Numbered from the stretch's first letter, positions 29,217-40,421 are shown. The stretch: 64,000 bases of DNA from Candidatus Latescibacterota bacterium (GCA_965203805.1 OZ241917.1:5184001-5248000), one strand, 5' to 3'. Translations and numbers: made by a program. The notes: generated by a model from the letters alone, not told the origin.

Positions 29217-30281
29217 TCAAAAGTAGCGGACGTCCCGGCCGCCGTCCGGCAACGGCAGGTCGACCGCCCGGTGTTCGTCCGCGGCGCGATTCCAGGCCAG
29301 GCAGAGTTCCAGCACGTTGCGGGCGTGTTCCGGGGTCACGTCGAGAGGATGACTGTCGCGGACGGAGCGGACGAAGCGTTCGACCGCGGCGTCGATGGTG
29401 TCGTTCTGAGCGCGGTAGAACACGCGGGGAGCGCCGTCGTCGTCTTTGTGCCAGACAATGCCTTCCATCACATCCAGATGCGCACGGGCAACACCATCGG
29501 TGCCGACCACTTCCATCTCCCATGCCGGGGCGCCGCAGGAAACGTTGAAGATGATGTCCATGGATCCCATTCGCCCGTCTTCGAACCGGACGGTGCCCTT
29601 GCCGGTATCCATCCAGATGCTGTGAGGCGTGGCCAGGTTGTCGTATTCGGCATAGGCGCGCACGGCGGGTGAATCGATGAGCCAGAGTAGCAGGTCCGCG
29701 GCGTAGACGCCCAGAGAAAGCCCGATGCCGCCCTGTCCGGGGCCGAATTCACCGCTGCCTTCGAAAACCGTTCCCGGTCCGAAGCAGCCGTGTTGAATCC
29801 ATGCCCTCGACGAGATGACGCGTCCGACAGCCCCGTCCCGCACCCGGGTGGCCATCGCGCGGATGGCGCCGTCTTCCCGTCCGGGCAGCAGGGCGGACAG
29901 CAGCACGTTGTTTCGGCGGGCCGCGGCGACCATGGCGTCCGCGCCATCGAGGGTCATACACATCGGTTTGCTGATAAAGGCGTGGGCGCCCGCGTCCGCC
30001 GCGCTGGCTGCGTGCCGCGGCTTCAGCCTGTCCTCGCACGTCACGAAAACGAGGTCGAGCGACTCGGCGCGGACCATCTCCGGCACGGAGGCATACGCCC
30101 GGATGCCGTATTGGGCGCCGAACCCCTCCCTGGACCGCATGCCGAGTCTGCCGAGGGTTTCGTCGCTCTGGTCCAGATGCGCGAACGCCGCCAGGTCGAT
30201 GTCCGGATTTCGCATCGCGGTCCGGGCAAACGCGTTCGAATAGTAGGATCCGATGCCGCACACGCCGGCTCTAAGCGCCAT
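29217..30281 (-). CDS. Gfo/Idh/MocA family oxidoreductase
   Basis: N-terminal Rossmann fold GVCGIG and SKPM (EKP variant). Confidence 0.85.
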   Translation of the reverse strand: MALRAGVCGIGSYYSNAFARTAMRNPDIDLAAFAHLDQSDETLGRLGMRSREGFGAQYGIRAYASVPEMVRAESLDLVFVTCEDRLKPRHAASAADAGAHAFISKPMCMTLDGADAMVAAARRNNVLLSALLPGREDGAIRAMATRVRDGAVGRVISSRAWIQHGCFGPGTVFEGSGEFGPGQGGIGLSLGVYAADLLLWLIDSPAVRAYAEYDNLATPHSIWMDTGKGTVRFEDGRMGSMDIIFNVSCGAPAWEMEVVGTDGVARAHLDVMEGIVWHKDDDGAPRVFYRAQNDTIDAAVERFVRSVRDSHPLDVTPEHARNVLELCLAWNRAADEHRAVDLPLPDGGRDVRYF

Positions 30282-30530
30282 GGGTACGATCTCCCCGTTC
30301 CTGGTGACGAGCGGCGCCGAATCGCGGATCAACCCGCCGGTCGTCCCGTCCGTGACCGCACATCCACACGGCCGTTCGCGCGGGTATTCACGTTAAAATC
30401 AGCGGTATTGTCAAGCGCAATCGTTCACGCATGCGGTCTGGCGCGGGCGCGTGCCGCACCTGAATGGGACGGCGCCATGCTGTCGGGAAATGAAGGAGTT
30501 CCGTCCGGTAAACCGGTGACAGGAGGCTGA

Positions 30531-31973
30531 ATGAACGAAGCTGGAACGGGGATTCGACTGGAGACGGCGGATGACGCGCGGTTGCGCGCGGACCCATCGC
30601 CGGCCGGCAGCGACATTGACGAACGACTGTGTGAGATCCGGGAGCTCTTTTCGCAGGAGGCGTCCCTCTCCACGGATACCCTGTCGCGGTACGGACGCGC
30701 CTGGACGCGCAGCCACCTGCAGGTCGGGGATCTCAAACGGACGGTGGGACTCGCGAATCGGGCGCGGGACGAATTCGCCGCGCTGGTCACGGTGGGCGTC
30801 GGTGGATCCGACCTGAGCGCGCGGGTCTTCCACGACGTGCTCAACCCCGCATACCACAATCTCCTGGCCGTTGATGAAAGGGGCGGCGCGCCGGAAGTCT
30901 ACTTCGCGGGGGATACGTTCGATCCGCGACGGCTGGGGGCTCTGCTGGGGATGCTGGACCGGCGCGGGGTACTGGAACGCACCCTGTTTAACGTGATCAG
31001 CAAATCCGGGCGTACGGACGAGACCGTCAGCGCGCTGATGGTGGTGCGGGAATGGCTGTTGCGGCGCGCCCCCGGGAGCAGGAAAGACTGGCGTGGCTGC
31101 ATTGTGGCGACAACGGGGTCGGACGCAGGGAGCGCGCTGTATGTATTGCACAGGCAACGTCCGTTCTACGGCGACACGTTGCTGCCCGTGCCCGATGGGG
31201 TGGGAGGCAGGTTTTCGGCATTCTCGCCCGTGGGGACGTTCTTCCTGGCGATGACAGCCGGAAACGGGACGTCACCCGGTTCGCGCGTAAGGGACCTGCT
31301 CGGCGGCGTCGCGTGGGCGGACGCGCGATGGGGCCTTCCCCGGCAGGACGAGCGAAACATCGCCTTTCGCCTTGCCCGGTGGCTGCATCTCCACGAGCGG
31401 TATGGCCGGATGCGTGCGCTGGTGTTCTACAATTTCGCGGACAACCGGCGCCTGGGAGACTGGTTCCAGCAGCTGTACGACGAATCGCTGCAGGAACGGG
31501 GCGGCGGCCTCCACGTCGTTCCCGTCGTCGGACCGGCCGGCAGCCACTCCGTTCTGAACGGGATCGTCGGCGGCCCTGCGAACCGGGCGGTTCTCTTCGT
31601 TCACTGGGAGGACCTGGGGCGGGATCTGCAGATTCCGGACGGATCGGAAATCGGGAGCGAGACGGCGGCGTTCGCCGGGCTGCGTATGAGCCAGGCGCAG
31701 TCGGCCTCGTACCTCGGAACGTGCCGGGATTTTACCGCAAGGGGGATTCCGAACGCGACGCTGCACGTGGGACGGCGGGACGAGAGACACCTTGGCGCCC
31801 TGATGCGCGTACTGATGGATACCGTCGCGGTGAAGGGGCGCCTGCAGGGCCTGCACGTCAACGACGCGGGCGAAGTGGATCCCGCCGCCGATCTCACGTA
31901 TTCGCAGGTCGGGGTGGAAGGATATAAACAACGAACCCGCGATCAGTTCCTTCAATTGAAATCCGGGCGCTGA
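30531..31973 (+). CDS. pgi: Glucose-6-phosphate isomerase-like protein (divergent)
   Basis: [42 protein letters not shown]. Confidence 0.75.
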   Translation: MNEAGTGIRLETADDARLRADPSPAGSDIDERLCEIRELFSQEASLSTDTLSRYGRAWTRSHLQVGDLKRTVGLANRARDEFAALVTVGVGGSDLSARVFHDVLNPAYHNLLAVDERGGAPEVYFAGDTFDPRRLGALLGMLDRRGVLERTLFNVISKSGRTDETVSALMVVREWLLRRAPGSRKDWRGCIVATTGSDAGSALYVLHRQRPFYGDTLLPVPDGVGGRFSAFSPVGTFFLAMTAGNGTSPGSRVRDLLGGVAWADARWGLPRQDERNIAFRLARWLHLHERYGRMRALVFYNFADNRRLGDWFQQLYDESLQERGGGLHVVPVVGPAGSHSVLNGIVGGPANRAVLFVHWEDLGRDLQIPDGSEIGSETAAFAGLRMSQAQSASYLGTCRDFTARGIPNATLHVGRRDERHLGALMRVLMDTVAVKGRLQGLHVNDAGEVDPAADLTYSQVGVEGYKQRTRDQFLQLKSGR

Positions 31974-32101
31974 CCCGGCGCCGCGGACCGGGATGGGTTT
32001 CCCGGGCAGCCGGGCCCGCGCTACCGGTTGTGCCCCCCTCCGGATCTGATTATCTTGACCGCTGGCGCGGCATATCCAAAAAGGAAAAAAGGAGCGGATC
32101 G

Positions 32102-34294
32102 ATGGCTGTTGAGATTGGCGGCTTGAGGGTTAGCGAGATCCTGTACAATCTGGTCAGGGACGAGATTGCTCCGGGTACGGATGTGGACCCTGGAGCATTC
32201 TGGATTGCGTTGGGCGAGATCGTCCGGGAACTGGGTCCCGGGAACCGGGCGTTGCTGGAAAGGCGGGATCGTATTCAGGAGAAGATGGACCGGTGGTACC
32301 GGGAGCGGAAGGGCCGGTCCCTGGACCGGGACGAGTACCGGGCATTTCTGGCCGACGTCGGCTACCTGGTGCCGGAGGGCGACCATTTCGAGCTGACCAC
32401 GGCACGCGTGGATCCCGAAATCGCAAGCGTTGCCGGACCGCAGCTGGTGGTGCCGGTGGACAATGCGCGTTACGCGCTGAACGCGGCGAATGCGCGTTGG
32501 GGCAGTCTTTACGACGCCCTGTACGGAACAGACGTGATTCCGGAGGAACCCGGCGCCGAAAAGGGCGACACTTACAACCCGGTCCGGGGGGCGCGGGTGA
32601 TTGCGGCGGCGGAAGCGTTTCTGGATGACGCGGCGGGTCTGGCGTCCGGTCGCTGGTCGGAGGCGACGGGTTTTGCCCTGGAAGACGCTGGCGGGGCCCA
32701 ACGGCTCGTTGTCGCGCTGCGGAGTGGTACGGAGGTCGGACTCGCTGACCCCGAACAGTTCGCCGGGTACCGGAAGGACCGGGGCGAACTTTCGAGCGCG
32801 CTGCTGGTGAACAACGGTCTTCACATCGAGATCAGCATCGATCACGACCATCCCGTAGGCGCCGCGCATCCGGCAGGTGTCAATGACGTCCTGCTGGAGG
32901 CGGCGGTGACGACGATCCAGGACTGCGAGGATTCGGTATCGGCCGTGGACGCACAGGACAAGGCGAGGGTGTACGCCAACTGGAACGGCATCATGAAAGG
33001 CACGTTGGAAACGACCTTCGAAAAGGGAGACCGGGAGATTACGCGGCGTCTGAATCCGGACCGGGAATTTACGGCGCCGGACGGCGGGGCCTTCGTCCTG
33101 CCGGGACGGAGCCTCCTGCTGGTGCGGAACGTCGGCATCCACATGTACACCGATAGCGTGACGAGCAGCGACGGCGAGGAGATTCCCGAGGGGTTCCTGG
33201 ACGCGATGGTGACCGCACTTGCGGCCAAACACGATTTGAAGCGGGAAGGCGAATTCGTCAACAGCCGCGCGGGCAGCATTTACATCGTGAAACCCAAACT
33301 GCACGGCCCGGATGAGGTCGCGGCCACGATCGATCTGTTCGAACGCGTGGAAGCGGCGCTGGGACTGGAGCGCAATACGCTCAAGGTCGGCATTATGGAT
33401 GAAGAGCGCAGGACCACGGTAAACCTGAAAGCGGCGATTCGTGAGGCACGGGATCGTGTGGTGTTCATCAATACAGGTTTCCTGGACCGTACAGGCGACG
33501 AGATCCATACGAGCATGGAAGCCGGTCCGATGCATCCGAAGGCGGACATCAGGGCGCAACCCTGGCTTGCGTCGTACGAGGACTGGAACGTGGACGTGGG
33601 GGTGGAGACCGGCTTCAGCGGCAGGGGGCAGATCGGGAAAGGGATGTGGACGATGCCGGACGAGATGCGGGAGATGGTGGAGACCAAGGTTGGACATCCG
33701 GAAGCGGGCGCGAGCACGGCGTGGGTACCGTCCCCCACGGCGGCGGTTCTTCACGCCATGCACTATCATCGGGTGGACGTGGCGGCCAGACAGGCGGAGC
33801 TTGCCCGGCGGGAGCGGGCGAGTCTGGACGAAATCCTGACGCCGCCGCTGCTTGACAGGGAATTGTCGCCAGGCGAGATCCAGCGGGAGCTGGACAACAA
33901 CGCCCAGGGCATCCTGGGCTACGTCGTGCGTTGGGTGGACCAGGGCGTGGGTTGCTCGAAGGTTCCGGATATCAACGACGTGGGCCTGATGGAAGACCGG
34001 GCGACGCTGCGCATTTCCAGCCAGCACATCGCCAACTGGCTGCACCACGGGATTGTGAGCGAGGAACAGGTGCGGGCGACGTTCGAGAAAATGGCGGCAT
34101 TGGTCGACGAACAGAACAGCGGAGACCCGGAATATCGGAATATGGCGCCGGACTTCGAGCGAAGCGTCGCGTTTCAGGCGGCGCTGGACCTGGTTTTCGA
34201 CGGCACGGCGGAGCCGAACGGCTACACCGAACGCGTGCTTCACCAGCGGCGGCGCGAAGTGAAAAAGCGGGGAGACGCAAGACGTGAGACGTGA
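32102..34294 (+). CDS. glcB: Malate synthase G
   Basis: [65 protein letters not shown]. Confidence 0.97.
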   Translation: MAVEIGGLRVSEILYNLVRDEIAPGTDVDPGAFWIALGEIVRELGPGNRALLERRDRIQEKMDRWYRERKGRSLDRDEYRAFLADVGYLVPEGDHFELTTARVDPEIASVAGPQLVVPVDNARYALNAANARWGSLYDALYGTDVIPEEPGAEKGDTYNPVRGARVIAAAEAFLDDAAGLASGRWSEATGFALEDAGGAQRLVVALRSGTEVGLADPEQFAGYRKDRGELSSALLVNNGLHIEISIDHDHPVGAAHPAGVNDVLLEAAVTTIQDCEDSVSAVDAQDKARVYANWNGIMKGTLETTFEKGDREITRRLNPDREFTAPDGGAFVLPGRSLLLVRNVGIHMYTDSVTSSDGEEIPEGFLDAMVTALAAKHDLKREGEFVNSRAGSIYIVKPKLHGPDEVAATIDLFERVEAALGLERNTLKVGIMDEERRTTVNLKAAIREARDRVVFINTGFLDRTGDEIHTSMEAGPMHPKADIRAQPWLASYEDWNVDVGVETGFSGRGQIGKGMWTMPDEMREMVETKVGHPEAGASTAWVPSPTAAVLHAMHYHRVDVAARQAELARRERASLDEILTPPLLDRELSPGEIQRELDNNAQGILGYVVRWVDQGVGCSKVPDINDVGLMEDRATLRISSQHIANWLHHGIVSEEQVRATFEKMAALVDEQNSGDPEYRNMAPDFERSVAFQAALDLVFDGTAEPNGYTERVLHQRRREVKKRGDARRET

Positions 34295-34396
34295 GAGATT
34301 GCCTGCCCTGTGCGGTTTCGTTTCTTGCCGGAGGCTTAAAGGAAGAGGCAATCGGGCAAGGATGTCATCTACCGTCTTCCGTCTCCCGTCTCACCG
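34270..34396. repeat. Heptamer-flanked (GTGAGAC/CGTCTCA) intergenic repeat, copy 1
   Basis: The ~80-nt core GTGCGGTTTC.TTCTTGCCGGAGGC...GCAATCGGG...GTCATCT.CCGTCT is shared with 57515-57599. Confidence 0.7.
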
Positions 34397-34499
34397 GTTT
34401 CAGGTTGTTCATTGACTTTTGCCCCGTGCGTATTAACTTTGGCATGAATTACCCATACCGGCGTCAGATCGGGATTATCGAGAATCAGGAGGGCAGGAT

Positions 34500-36692
34500 A
34501 TGCAGGCCCAGGGCGAATTGAAATCCGTCGGGCAGCGGGTGGCCAGGCTGAACGGACCGGATATCGTGACGGGGCGGATTCAGTATGCCGACGACATCCA
34601 GCTTCCGGGGATGTTGTATGGCCGCATCCTCCGCAGTCCGCACGGTCACGCGCGTATCCGGAAGATCGATACCTCTCGCGCCGGAAAGCTGCCCGGGGTG
34701 GTGGACGTGGTGTGCGGCCCGGACGTGCCCGAGCTGTCTGTCTTCGAGTCCGAAGAGGTCTGCTATCAGGGGCAGAAGGTGGCGGCCGTGGCGGCCGTGG
34801 ATCCGGATATCGCGGAGGACGCCCTTGCGTTGATCGAGGTGGACTATGAAGTGTTGCCGGCGGTTGTGGATCCCGTACACGCCATGGATCCGGACGCTCC
34901 GGAGGCCGTCCTGGGTGCGCCAACCGAGGATGTAAGGGATCCGGAAGGCAGAAGGCTGCAGAACGTGACCGCCTATAATGTACTGGAAGAGGGAGACGTT
35001 GAACAGGGCTTCGAGGATGCGGACGCCGTTGTCGAGGCGGAATACCAGGTGCCCTTCTTCAATCAGACCTACATGGAGCCGAACGCGGCCACGGCGCGCG
35101 TGGAGGCGGACGGAAGGCTGACGGTTTGGGCCGCTGGACAGGGTACATTCACGAAACGGGAGGGCCTCGCGGAGGCGCTGAACATCCCCGAGGGGCGCAT
35201 CCGGGTGATTATGACGGAAACGGGCGGCAGCTTCGGAGGCAAGAACCGGATCAATATCGAGGCGCACACGGCGCTGCTGGCCATGCGTACGGGTCGCCCT
35301 GTAAGGGTTACGATCAACAGGGGGGAAGATTTCCGGGACAGCCGACCGGGGCCCGGGTGCTGGGTGCGGTTGAAAACGGGCGCGCGCAAGGACGGAACGC
35401 TCACGGCCGTTGAAGGGCGAATCGTATGGGACGGCGGCGTTCAGGGCAGCGGTGGGGCCGCGAACCGGTTGCTGGGACCCTACAGGATCCCGCACGTCAG
35501 GCTGGAGGGGATGGCCGTCCGGACCAACAAACCCGGGCCGGGCGCGTATCGGGCCCCCGGAGGGCCGCAGACGGCGCTGGCGAGGGAGTCCAACCTGGAT
35601 ATGCTGGCTCACAAGCTAGGTATCGACCCGGTGGAAATCCGTTTGAAGAACGGTTTGAGCAAGGGCGACCAGCCGGTGATCCAGCACGACTGGCTCAAAG
35701 ACACCATCCGCAAGACCGCCGGGTCCGCAGGATGGGGACGGCGAGAGCTGAAGCCCAATCAGGGCATGGGAATCGCGGTTGGAGACTGGCACAACGCCTC
35801 CGGTCCGACCAACGCGTTCGTGACGATGTCGGCGGACGGATCCGTAGCCCTGGTGACCGGGCAGGTGGACATCACGGGTCTGCATACGGTAATGGCGCAG
35901 GTGGCGGCCGAGGAACTGGGCGTCCCGGTCGAAAAGGTGACGGTGCGTCTCGGCGACACGGATACCGTGCCCTACGCGTCGTTGAGCGCGGGAAGCAAGG
36001 CGGCGTATTCGGCCGGAACGGCGGCGAGGGAGGCGGCCCGGGAGGCACGCGACCAGTTGTTGCGTATGGCCTCCGAAAAACTGGAGGCCGCCGTCGACGA
36101 CCTGGTCATCGCAAACGAGCGGGTGCAGATCGTCGGTTCGCCCGACCATGCCATCGGCCTGGGCGAATTGGCCGCCGAAGCGATCGAGTCCAGCGGCGCC
36201 GTCAACGGCCGGTGCGTGCTGAGCAGTGTTCCCACCTATCCCTCGTATTCGGTAAACGTCGCCACCGTGGAGGTGGACCCTGGCACGGGACAGGTCCGAC
36301 TGATCGACCTGGTGGCCGGGCAGGACGTGGGCAGGGCGCTCAACCCCCTTCTGGTGGAGGGTCAGATACAGGGCGGCGCCATACAGTCAATCGGGTTCGG
36401 CCTGATGGAGGGTTACCGGTATGACGAGACGGGCCGGATGCTGAATCCCAATCTATTGGACTATGCCATCCCCACGGCGCTGGACGTGCCCAACATTCAG
36501 ACGGTGATGGTCGAAGACCCGTGCGAGCACGGGCCCTACGGCGGCAAGGGGGTAGGGGAGCCACCGATTATCCCGGGAGGCGCGGCGGTGGCCAACGCGA
36601 TCTTCGACGCCGTGGGCGCGAGGGTCCGGGAACTCCCCATGACGCCTGAGCGGGTGGTAGCGGCGTTGCAGGAAGCCAACAACGGACGGTAA
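34500..36692 (+). CDS. Xanthine dehydrogenase family molybdopterin-binding (large) subunit
   Basis: GGSFGGK, AYRAPGGPQ, VEGQIQGG, GKGVGEPP. Confidence 0.92.
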   Translation: MQAQGELKSVGQRVARLNGPDIVTGRIQYADDIQLPGMLYGRILRSPHGHARIRKIDTSRAGKLPGVVDVVCGPDVPELSVFESEEVCYQGQKVAAVAAVDPDIAEDALALIEVDYEVLPAVVDPVHAMDPDAPEAVLGAPTEDVRDPEGRRLQNVTAYNVLEEGDVEQGFEDADAVVEAEYQVPFFNQTYMEPNAATARVEADGRLTVWAAGQGTFTKREGLAEALNIPEGRIRVIMTETGGSFGGKNRINIEAHTALLAMRTGRPVRVTINRGEDFRDSRPGPGCWVRLKTGARKDGTLTAVEGRIVWDGGVQGSGGAANRLLGPYRIPHVRLEGMAVRTNKPGPGAYRAPGGPQTALARESNLDMLAHKLGIDPVEIRLKNGLSKGDQPVIQHDWLKDTIRKTAGSAGWGRRELKPNQGMGIAVGDWHNASGPTNAFVTMSADGSVALVTGQVDITGLHTVMAQVAAEELGVPVEKVTVRLGDTDTVPYASLSAGSKAAYSAGTAAREAAREARDQLLRMASEKLEAAVDDLVIANERVQIVGSPDHAIGLGELAAEAIESSGAVNGRCVLSSVPTYPSYSVNVATVEVDPGTGQVRLIDLVAGQDVGRALNPLLVEGQIQGGAIQSIGFGLMEGYRYDETGRMLNPNLLDYAIPTALDVPNIQTVMVEDPCEHGPYGGKGVGEPPIIPGGAAVANAIFDAVGARVRELPMTPERVVAALQEANNGR

Positions 36693-36707
36693 GAGGAGGT
36701 CGAAGAA

Positions 36708-37604
36708 TTGAATCGTTTCGAATATTTCGCTCCCGCGACCGTGCGGGAGGCCGTTGAGGTACTGAACGACCGCCCGGGCGCGAAGTTGCTCGCCGGGGGC
36801 ACCGACCTGCTGGTGCAGATGAAGGAACGGATGCGTACCCCCGATACACTGGTGGATATCCGGCGGATTCCCGGCGCTGACGAACTCCGCTTCGACAGCA
36901 AATCCGGACTCACGATCGGGGCGGCCGTGACCATGCGTCAGGTGGAGCTTATGCCGGCTGCACAATCACATTACGCGGGTCTCGCCGAAGGCGCCCGTGT
37001 GGTGGGATCCTTTCAGATCCGAAACCTCGCGACCATCGTCGGCAATATCTGCAATGCGGCGCCTTCCGCGGATGCGGCGCCGGGATTGATCGTACACGGC
37101 GCGAAGGTGAAGGTCGCCGGTCCGACGGGACGGCGCGCAATGCTCGTGGAGAATTTCATGACGGGTCCCGGCCGGACCACGCTCCGGGACGGAGAATTCG
37201 TGGTTGGCCTCCACGTTCCGGTTCCATCTGCGCGGACCGGGTCGGCCTATATGCGGCACACGCCCAGGGGCGCAATGGATATCGCGATGGTGGGTGTGGG
37301 CGCGGCCGTGACGCTGGCGCCGAGAACCCGCGCCTGCCAGGACGTCCGCATCGTGCTGGGCGCCGTGGCGCCCACGCCCCTCCGGGCGAGGGCGGCCGAG
37401 CGGTTGCTGAAAGGACAGCGGCTGACCGGTGAGCTGATCGCCAGGGCGGCGGAAACGGCGGCTGAAGAGGCCCGCCCGATCAGTGACGTGAGGGGCTCGG
37501 CGGAATTCAGACGCGAGATGGTGCGGGTGTTGACGGGTCGGATGGTTAGTGCGGCGTTCGAAAACGCGCAGGAACGGTCGGGCAACAAAAGGAGGGCGGC
37601 GTGA
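36708..37604 (+). CDS. Xanthine dehydrogenase family FAD-binding (medium) subunit
   Basis: LAGGTDL, QIRNLATIVGN, PISDVRGSAEFR. Confidence 0.92.
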   Translation: MNRFEYFAPATVREAVEVLNDRPGAKLLAGGTDLLVQMKERMRTPDTLVDIRRIPGADELRFDSKSGLTIGAAVTMRQVELMPAAQSHYAGLAEGARVVGSFQIRNLATIVGNICNAAPSADAAPGLIVHGAKVKVAGPTGRRAMLVENFMTGPGRTTLRDGEFVVGLHVPVPSARTGSAYMRHTPRGAMDIAMVGVGAAVTLAPRTRACQDVRIVLGAVAPTPLRARAAERLLKGQRLTGELIARAAETAAEEARPISDVRGSAEFRREMVRVLTGRMVSAAFENAQERSGNKRRAA

Positions 37605-38098
37605 ACCACGAGATCCAATTGAACGTCAACGACACCGTCTACGACCTCTCTTTAGAGCCGCGTAAGACGCTGCTGGCCGTTTTGAGGGATCGCCTTGGGC
37701 TGACCGGCACCAAGGAGGGTTGCTCCACCGGCGACTGCGGCGCCTGTACGGTTCTGATCGACGGTGAGCCCGTCACGTCCTGCCTGGTACTCGCCGTTGC
37801 CGCCGCCGGTCGGGAAGTTACGACCGTGGAGGGTGTCGCGGACAAGGCCTCGTTGCATCCGGTCCAGGAGGCCATGGTAAGTTCGGGCGGGCTGCAGTGC
37901 GGCTTCTGCACGCCAGGATTCATTGTCTCATCCTATGGGCTTCTGCGGAAGAATCCCTCGCCGTCCGAGGATGAAATCCGGCGGGCCCTCGCCGGCAATC
38001 TCTGCCGGTGTACCGGATATACGAAAATTGTGGAGGCGGTGCAGGAGGCCGCAAAGCGAATGGCCGGTAAAAAGGAACGGAAACGGGCAGCCGCGTAG
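37601..38098 (+). CDS. Xanthine dehydrogenase family 2Fe-2S (small) subunit
   Basis: GCSTGDCGAC, QCGFCTPG, NLCRCTGY. Confidence 0.94.
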   Translation: MNHEIQLNVNDTVYDLSLEPRKTLLAVLRDRLGLTGTKEGCSTGDCGACTVLIDGEPVTSCLVLAVAAAGREVTTVEGVADKASLHPVQEAMVSSGGLQCGFCTPGFIVSSYGLLRKNPSPSEDEIRRALAGNLCRCTGYTKIVEAVQEAAKRMAGKKERKRAAA

Positions 38099-38175
38099 AC
38101 CCTTGGGCTGATCCGGTGAAATCGGCAACGAAAAAACGCCGTGTCTTATGACGCGGCGTTGTTCGCTATCAGGTG

Positions 38176-38192
38176 GTTTACCAGTGGTAAAC
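38176..38192. promoter_or_regulatory. Palindromic putative operator
   Basis: GTTTACCA-G-TGGTAAAC perfect inverted repeat upstream of 38315. Confidence 0.35.
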
Positions 38193-38314
38193 TGCTGAAA
38201 TGAACCGGATTCACGACGCATTGAGAATCTGGTCTTTAAATCCCCGCCAATGGGACCAGAGATATCATCACCTCGTCCTGTTGGCGATATGGAAACCGGA
38301 GGAATGAACGCGCC

Positions 38315-39334
38315 ATGGCGAAATTCAAGGCGGGCATCATCGGATGCGGGGGCCGGGGCCGCGGTCATGCGGAGGGGTATGCCGCATCGCCCGAGGTCGA
38401 AATCGTGGCGTGCGCGGATCCGGCCGAGGCGGCCAGGGGAAACCTGGCGGAACAATTCGACGTTTCGCAAACCTACGGCGACTACCGGGAAATGCTGGCG
38501 CGTGAGGACCTCGACATCGTCAGCGTGTGTACCTGGATCGGGATGCACCGGGAGATGGTCATCGCGGCGGCCGAGAGCGGCGCGCGGGCCATTCATTCCG
38601 AGAAGCCGATGGCGCCCACGTGGGGCGATGCGAAAGCGATGGTTCAGGCCTGCGGCGACCATGGCGTCACCATTACGTTCTGCCACCAGCGTCGTTTCGA
38701 GCGGTCTTTCAAAAAGGCGAAGGCCCTGGTACATGAAGGGGCGATCGGGCAGCTTATCCGGGTGGAAGGCGCGTGCTCCAATCTGCTCGACTGGGGCACG
38801 CACTGGTTCGATATGTTCTTCTTCTACAATGACGACGCGCCCGCCGAGTGGGTGCTGGGGCAGGTCGACGCTTCCGAAAGGCGCGAAATATTCGGCGTGG
38901 AGGTGGAAGCGGGCGGGCTTTCGTGGGTGCGCTGGCGGAACGGGCTGGAGGGATTGCTCGCTACCGGCGACGCGGCCCTGAAGGGCGTAGCGAACCGGCT
39001 GATCGGCACGGACGGGATCATCGAAGTGATTGGAGGGCGAGACAGGCCCCCGATCCGGATCATGCGCCCGGGCTCGGACTGGGAGGTTCCCGATCTGCCG
39101 GGGCCGCAGGTGAATCCGACCGTGCTCTCGGTGCTGGACCTGGTGGATTGCGTCAAGACGGGGCGCGAACCGGTGTTGAGCGGTCGGAAGGCGTTGCAGG
39201 CAACGGAGCTGATCTTTGCGACCTATGAGTCCAGTCGTCGTCGCGGGCGGGTGGACCTGCCCCTGGACGTGGAGGATTCCGCGCTGCTGACCATGCTGGA
39301 CGAAGGGACGATCGGCGGGGAGAGAAGCGATTGA
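38315..39334 (+). CDS. Gfo/Idh/MocA family oxidoreductase
   Basis: GIIGCG, SEKPMA, DWGTHWFD. Confidence 0.9.
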   Translation: MAKFKAGIIGCGGRGRGHAEGYAASPEVEIVACADPAEAARGNLAEQFDVSQTYGDYREMLAREDLDIVSVCTWIGMHREMVIAAAESGARAIHSEKPMAPTWGDAKAMVQACGDHGVTITFCHQRRFERSFKKAKALVHEGAIGQLIRVEGACSNLLDWGTHWFDMFFFYNDDAPAEWVLGQVDASERREIFGVEVEAGGLSWVRWRNGLEGLLATGDAALKGVANRLIGTDGIIEVIGGRDRPPIRIMRPGSDWEVPDLPGPQVNPTVLSVLDLVDCVKTGREPVLSGRKALQATELIFATYESSRRRGRVDLPLDVEDSALLTMLDEGTIGGERSD

Positions 39335-39396
39335 GTCGTTGCGGAAACGGACAAGCATCGGGTTAGTGACCGGTATCGCTGACTGACTATCACTAA
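39330..39396 (+). pseudogene. Collapsed HigB toxin remnant
   Basis: Frameshifted fragments IESLR..SI / RVSDRYR / LTDYH* lie immediately upstream of higA and match the HigB C-terminal pattern (SIRINDQ.R...DYH*). Confidence 0.5.
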
Positions 39397-39412
39397 ATAA
39401 TCTGGAGGCAAA

Positions 39413-39700
39413 ATGCTGCCGGAAAACCGAATTACGACCCATCCTGGGGAAGTTCTTCTGGAAGAATTCCTGAAGCCCCTGGAAATTACTCAGGTGGCGT
39501 TCGCCAGGCACATCGAAGTACCTATCCAGAGGGTGAACGAGATCATCCGTGGCAAACGAGGAGTAACCCCGAATACCGCCTGGCTGTTTGCTCAAGCTCT
39601 GGGAACGACGCCGGAGTTATGGTTAAATCTACAACGAAATCATGACCTGGCCAAAAGTCGACCCGTTAGGGAAATACAGAGACTTCAATCGGTTGGATAA
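39413..39700 (+). CDS. higA: HigA family antitoxin
   Basis: THPGEVLLEEFL, NEIIRGKRGVT, WLNLQ. Confidence 0.92.
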   Translation: MLPENRITTHPGEVLLEEFLKPLEITQVAFARHIEVPIQRVNEIIRGKRGVTPNTAWLFAQALGTTPELWLNLQRNHDLAKSRPVREIQRLQSVG

Positions 39701-39724
39701 ACCAGGATTCACCAGGAGGATGAC

Positions 39725-40354
39725 GTGAGTTTTGACGTCTATGATTTTCGAACGGATGTGTGCAACATGCTCGTCACGCCCTGGATCCGGTCGCGTTTCT
39801 TGCGGATGGAGCCTGGCGAATCTGCATCTCTGCACAGCCACGATCTGGGCCACGAGATCTTCCTTGTGCTCGCCGGCCGGGCTGAGTTTACGATCGACGG
39901 CGGCGTCAGGGAGGTGGGTCCCGGACAGCTGTGCGTGGCGCTCGCCGACGAAATCCACTCGGTGCGGACCGTGGGAGATGAGCCGATGACGATGTACCTG
40001 TCCGTCACCCCGCACATCCAGCCCACGCACACGGGTCGGACCGGGGCCGGCGAGCGGTTGCCGACCCGCTTCGCGCCTTCGCACACGTACGACGTGGCGC
40101 CGGACGACTCACCATCGATGACAGATGTGGTCGATCGCAACATGGAGGCGGCCCGCGCCCTGGCGCGTGATGCGGCGGCGCTGGTCCGGACGCAGGAGGA
40201 GACGGCGGGTCGATTTCACGGCGCCAGGGAGGACGCCGTCGAGGCCAGAGAAGCGGTGTGGGAGGCGCTATACAGTGTGTTCAAGCACGCGTACGATCTC
40301 GGGGACGCGTGGAACGTGCTGGCGGACCGCGTCGAACGGATGCCGGACGGTTAG
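39725..40354 (+). CDS. Cupin domain protein
   Basis: HSHDLGHEIF...EIHSV metal-binding cupin motifs. Confidence 0.82.
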   Translation: MSFDVYDFRTDVCNMLVTPWIRSRFLRMEPGESASLHSHDLGHEIFLVLAGRAEFTIDGGVREVGPGQLCVALADEIHSVRTVGDEPMTMYLSVTPHIQPTHTGRTGAGERLPTRFAPSHTYDVAPDDSPSMTDVVDRNMEAARALARDAAALVRTQEETAGRFHGAREDAVEAREAVWEALYSVFKHAYDLGDAWNVLADRVERMPDG

Positions 40355-40421
40355 GCTCGGTCGTTTCCATTCGCCGCGGTTCTTCCGCGGCTCCGGATTC
40401 CGGGGAGAAAGGGCAATCCAC

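Noticed and set aside
32021-34351. Long antisense ORFs (776 aa here; also 22576-24414, 49443-51818, 37928-39595, 57547-58926)
   Set aside because: Shadow frames of GC-rich genes on the opposite strand, with no recognisable motifs.
34500-38098. Aerobic CO dehydrogenase (coxLMS)
   Set aside because: The active-site loop is AYRAPGG, not AYxCSFR (form I) or AYxGAGR (form II), and the gene order is L-M-S. It is a generic xanthine-dehydrogenase-family enzyme.
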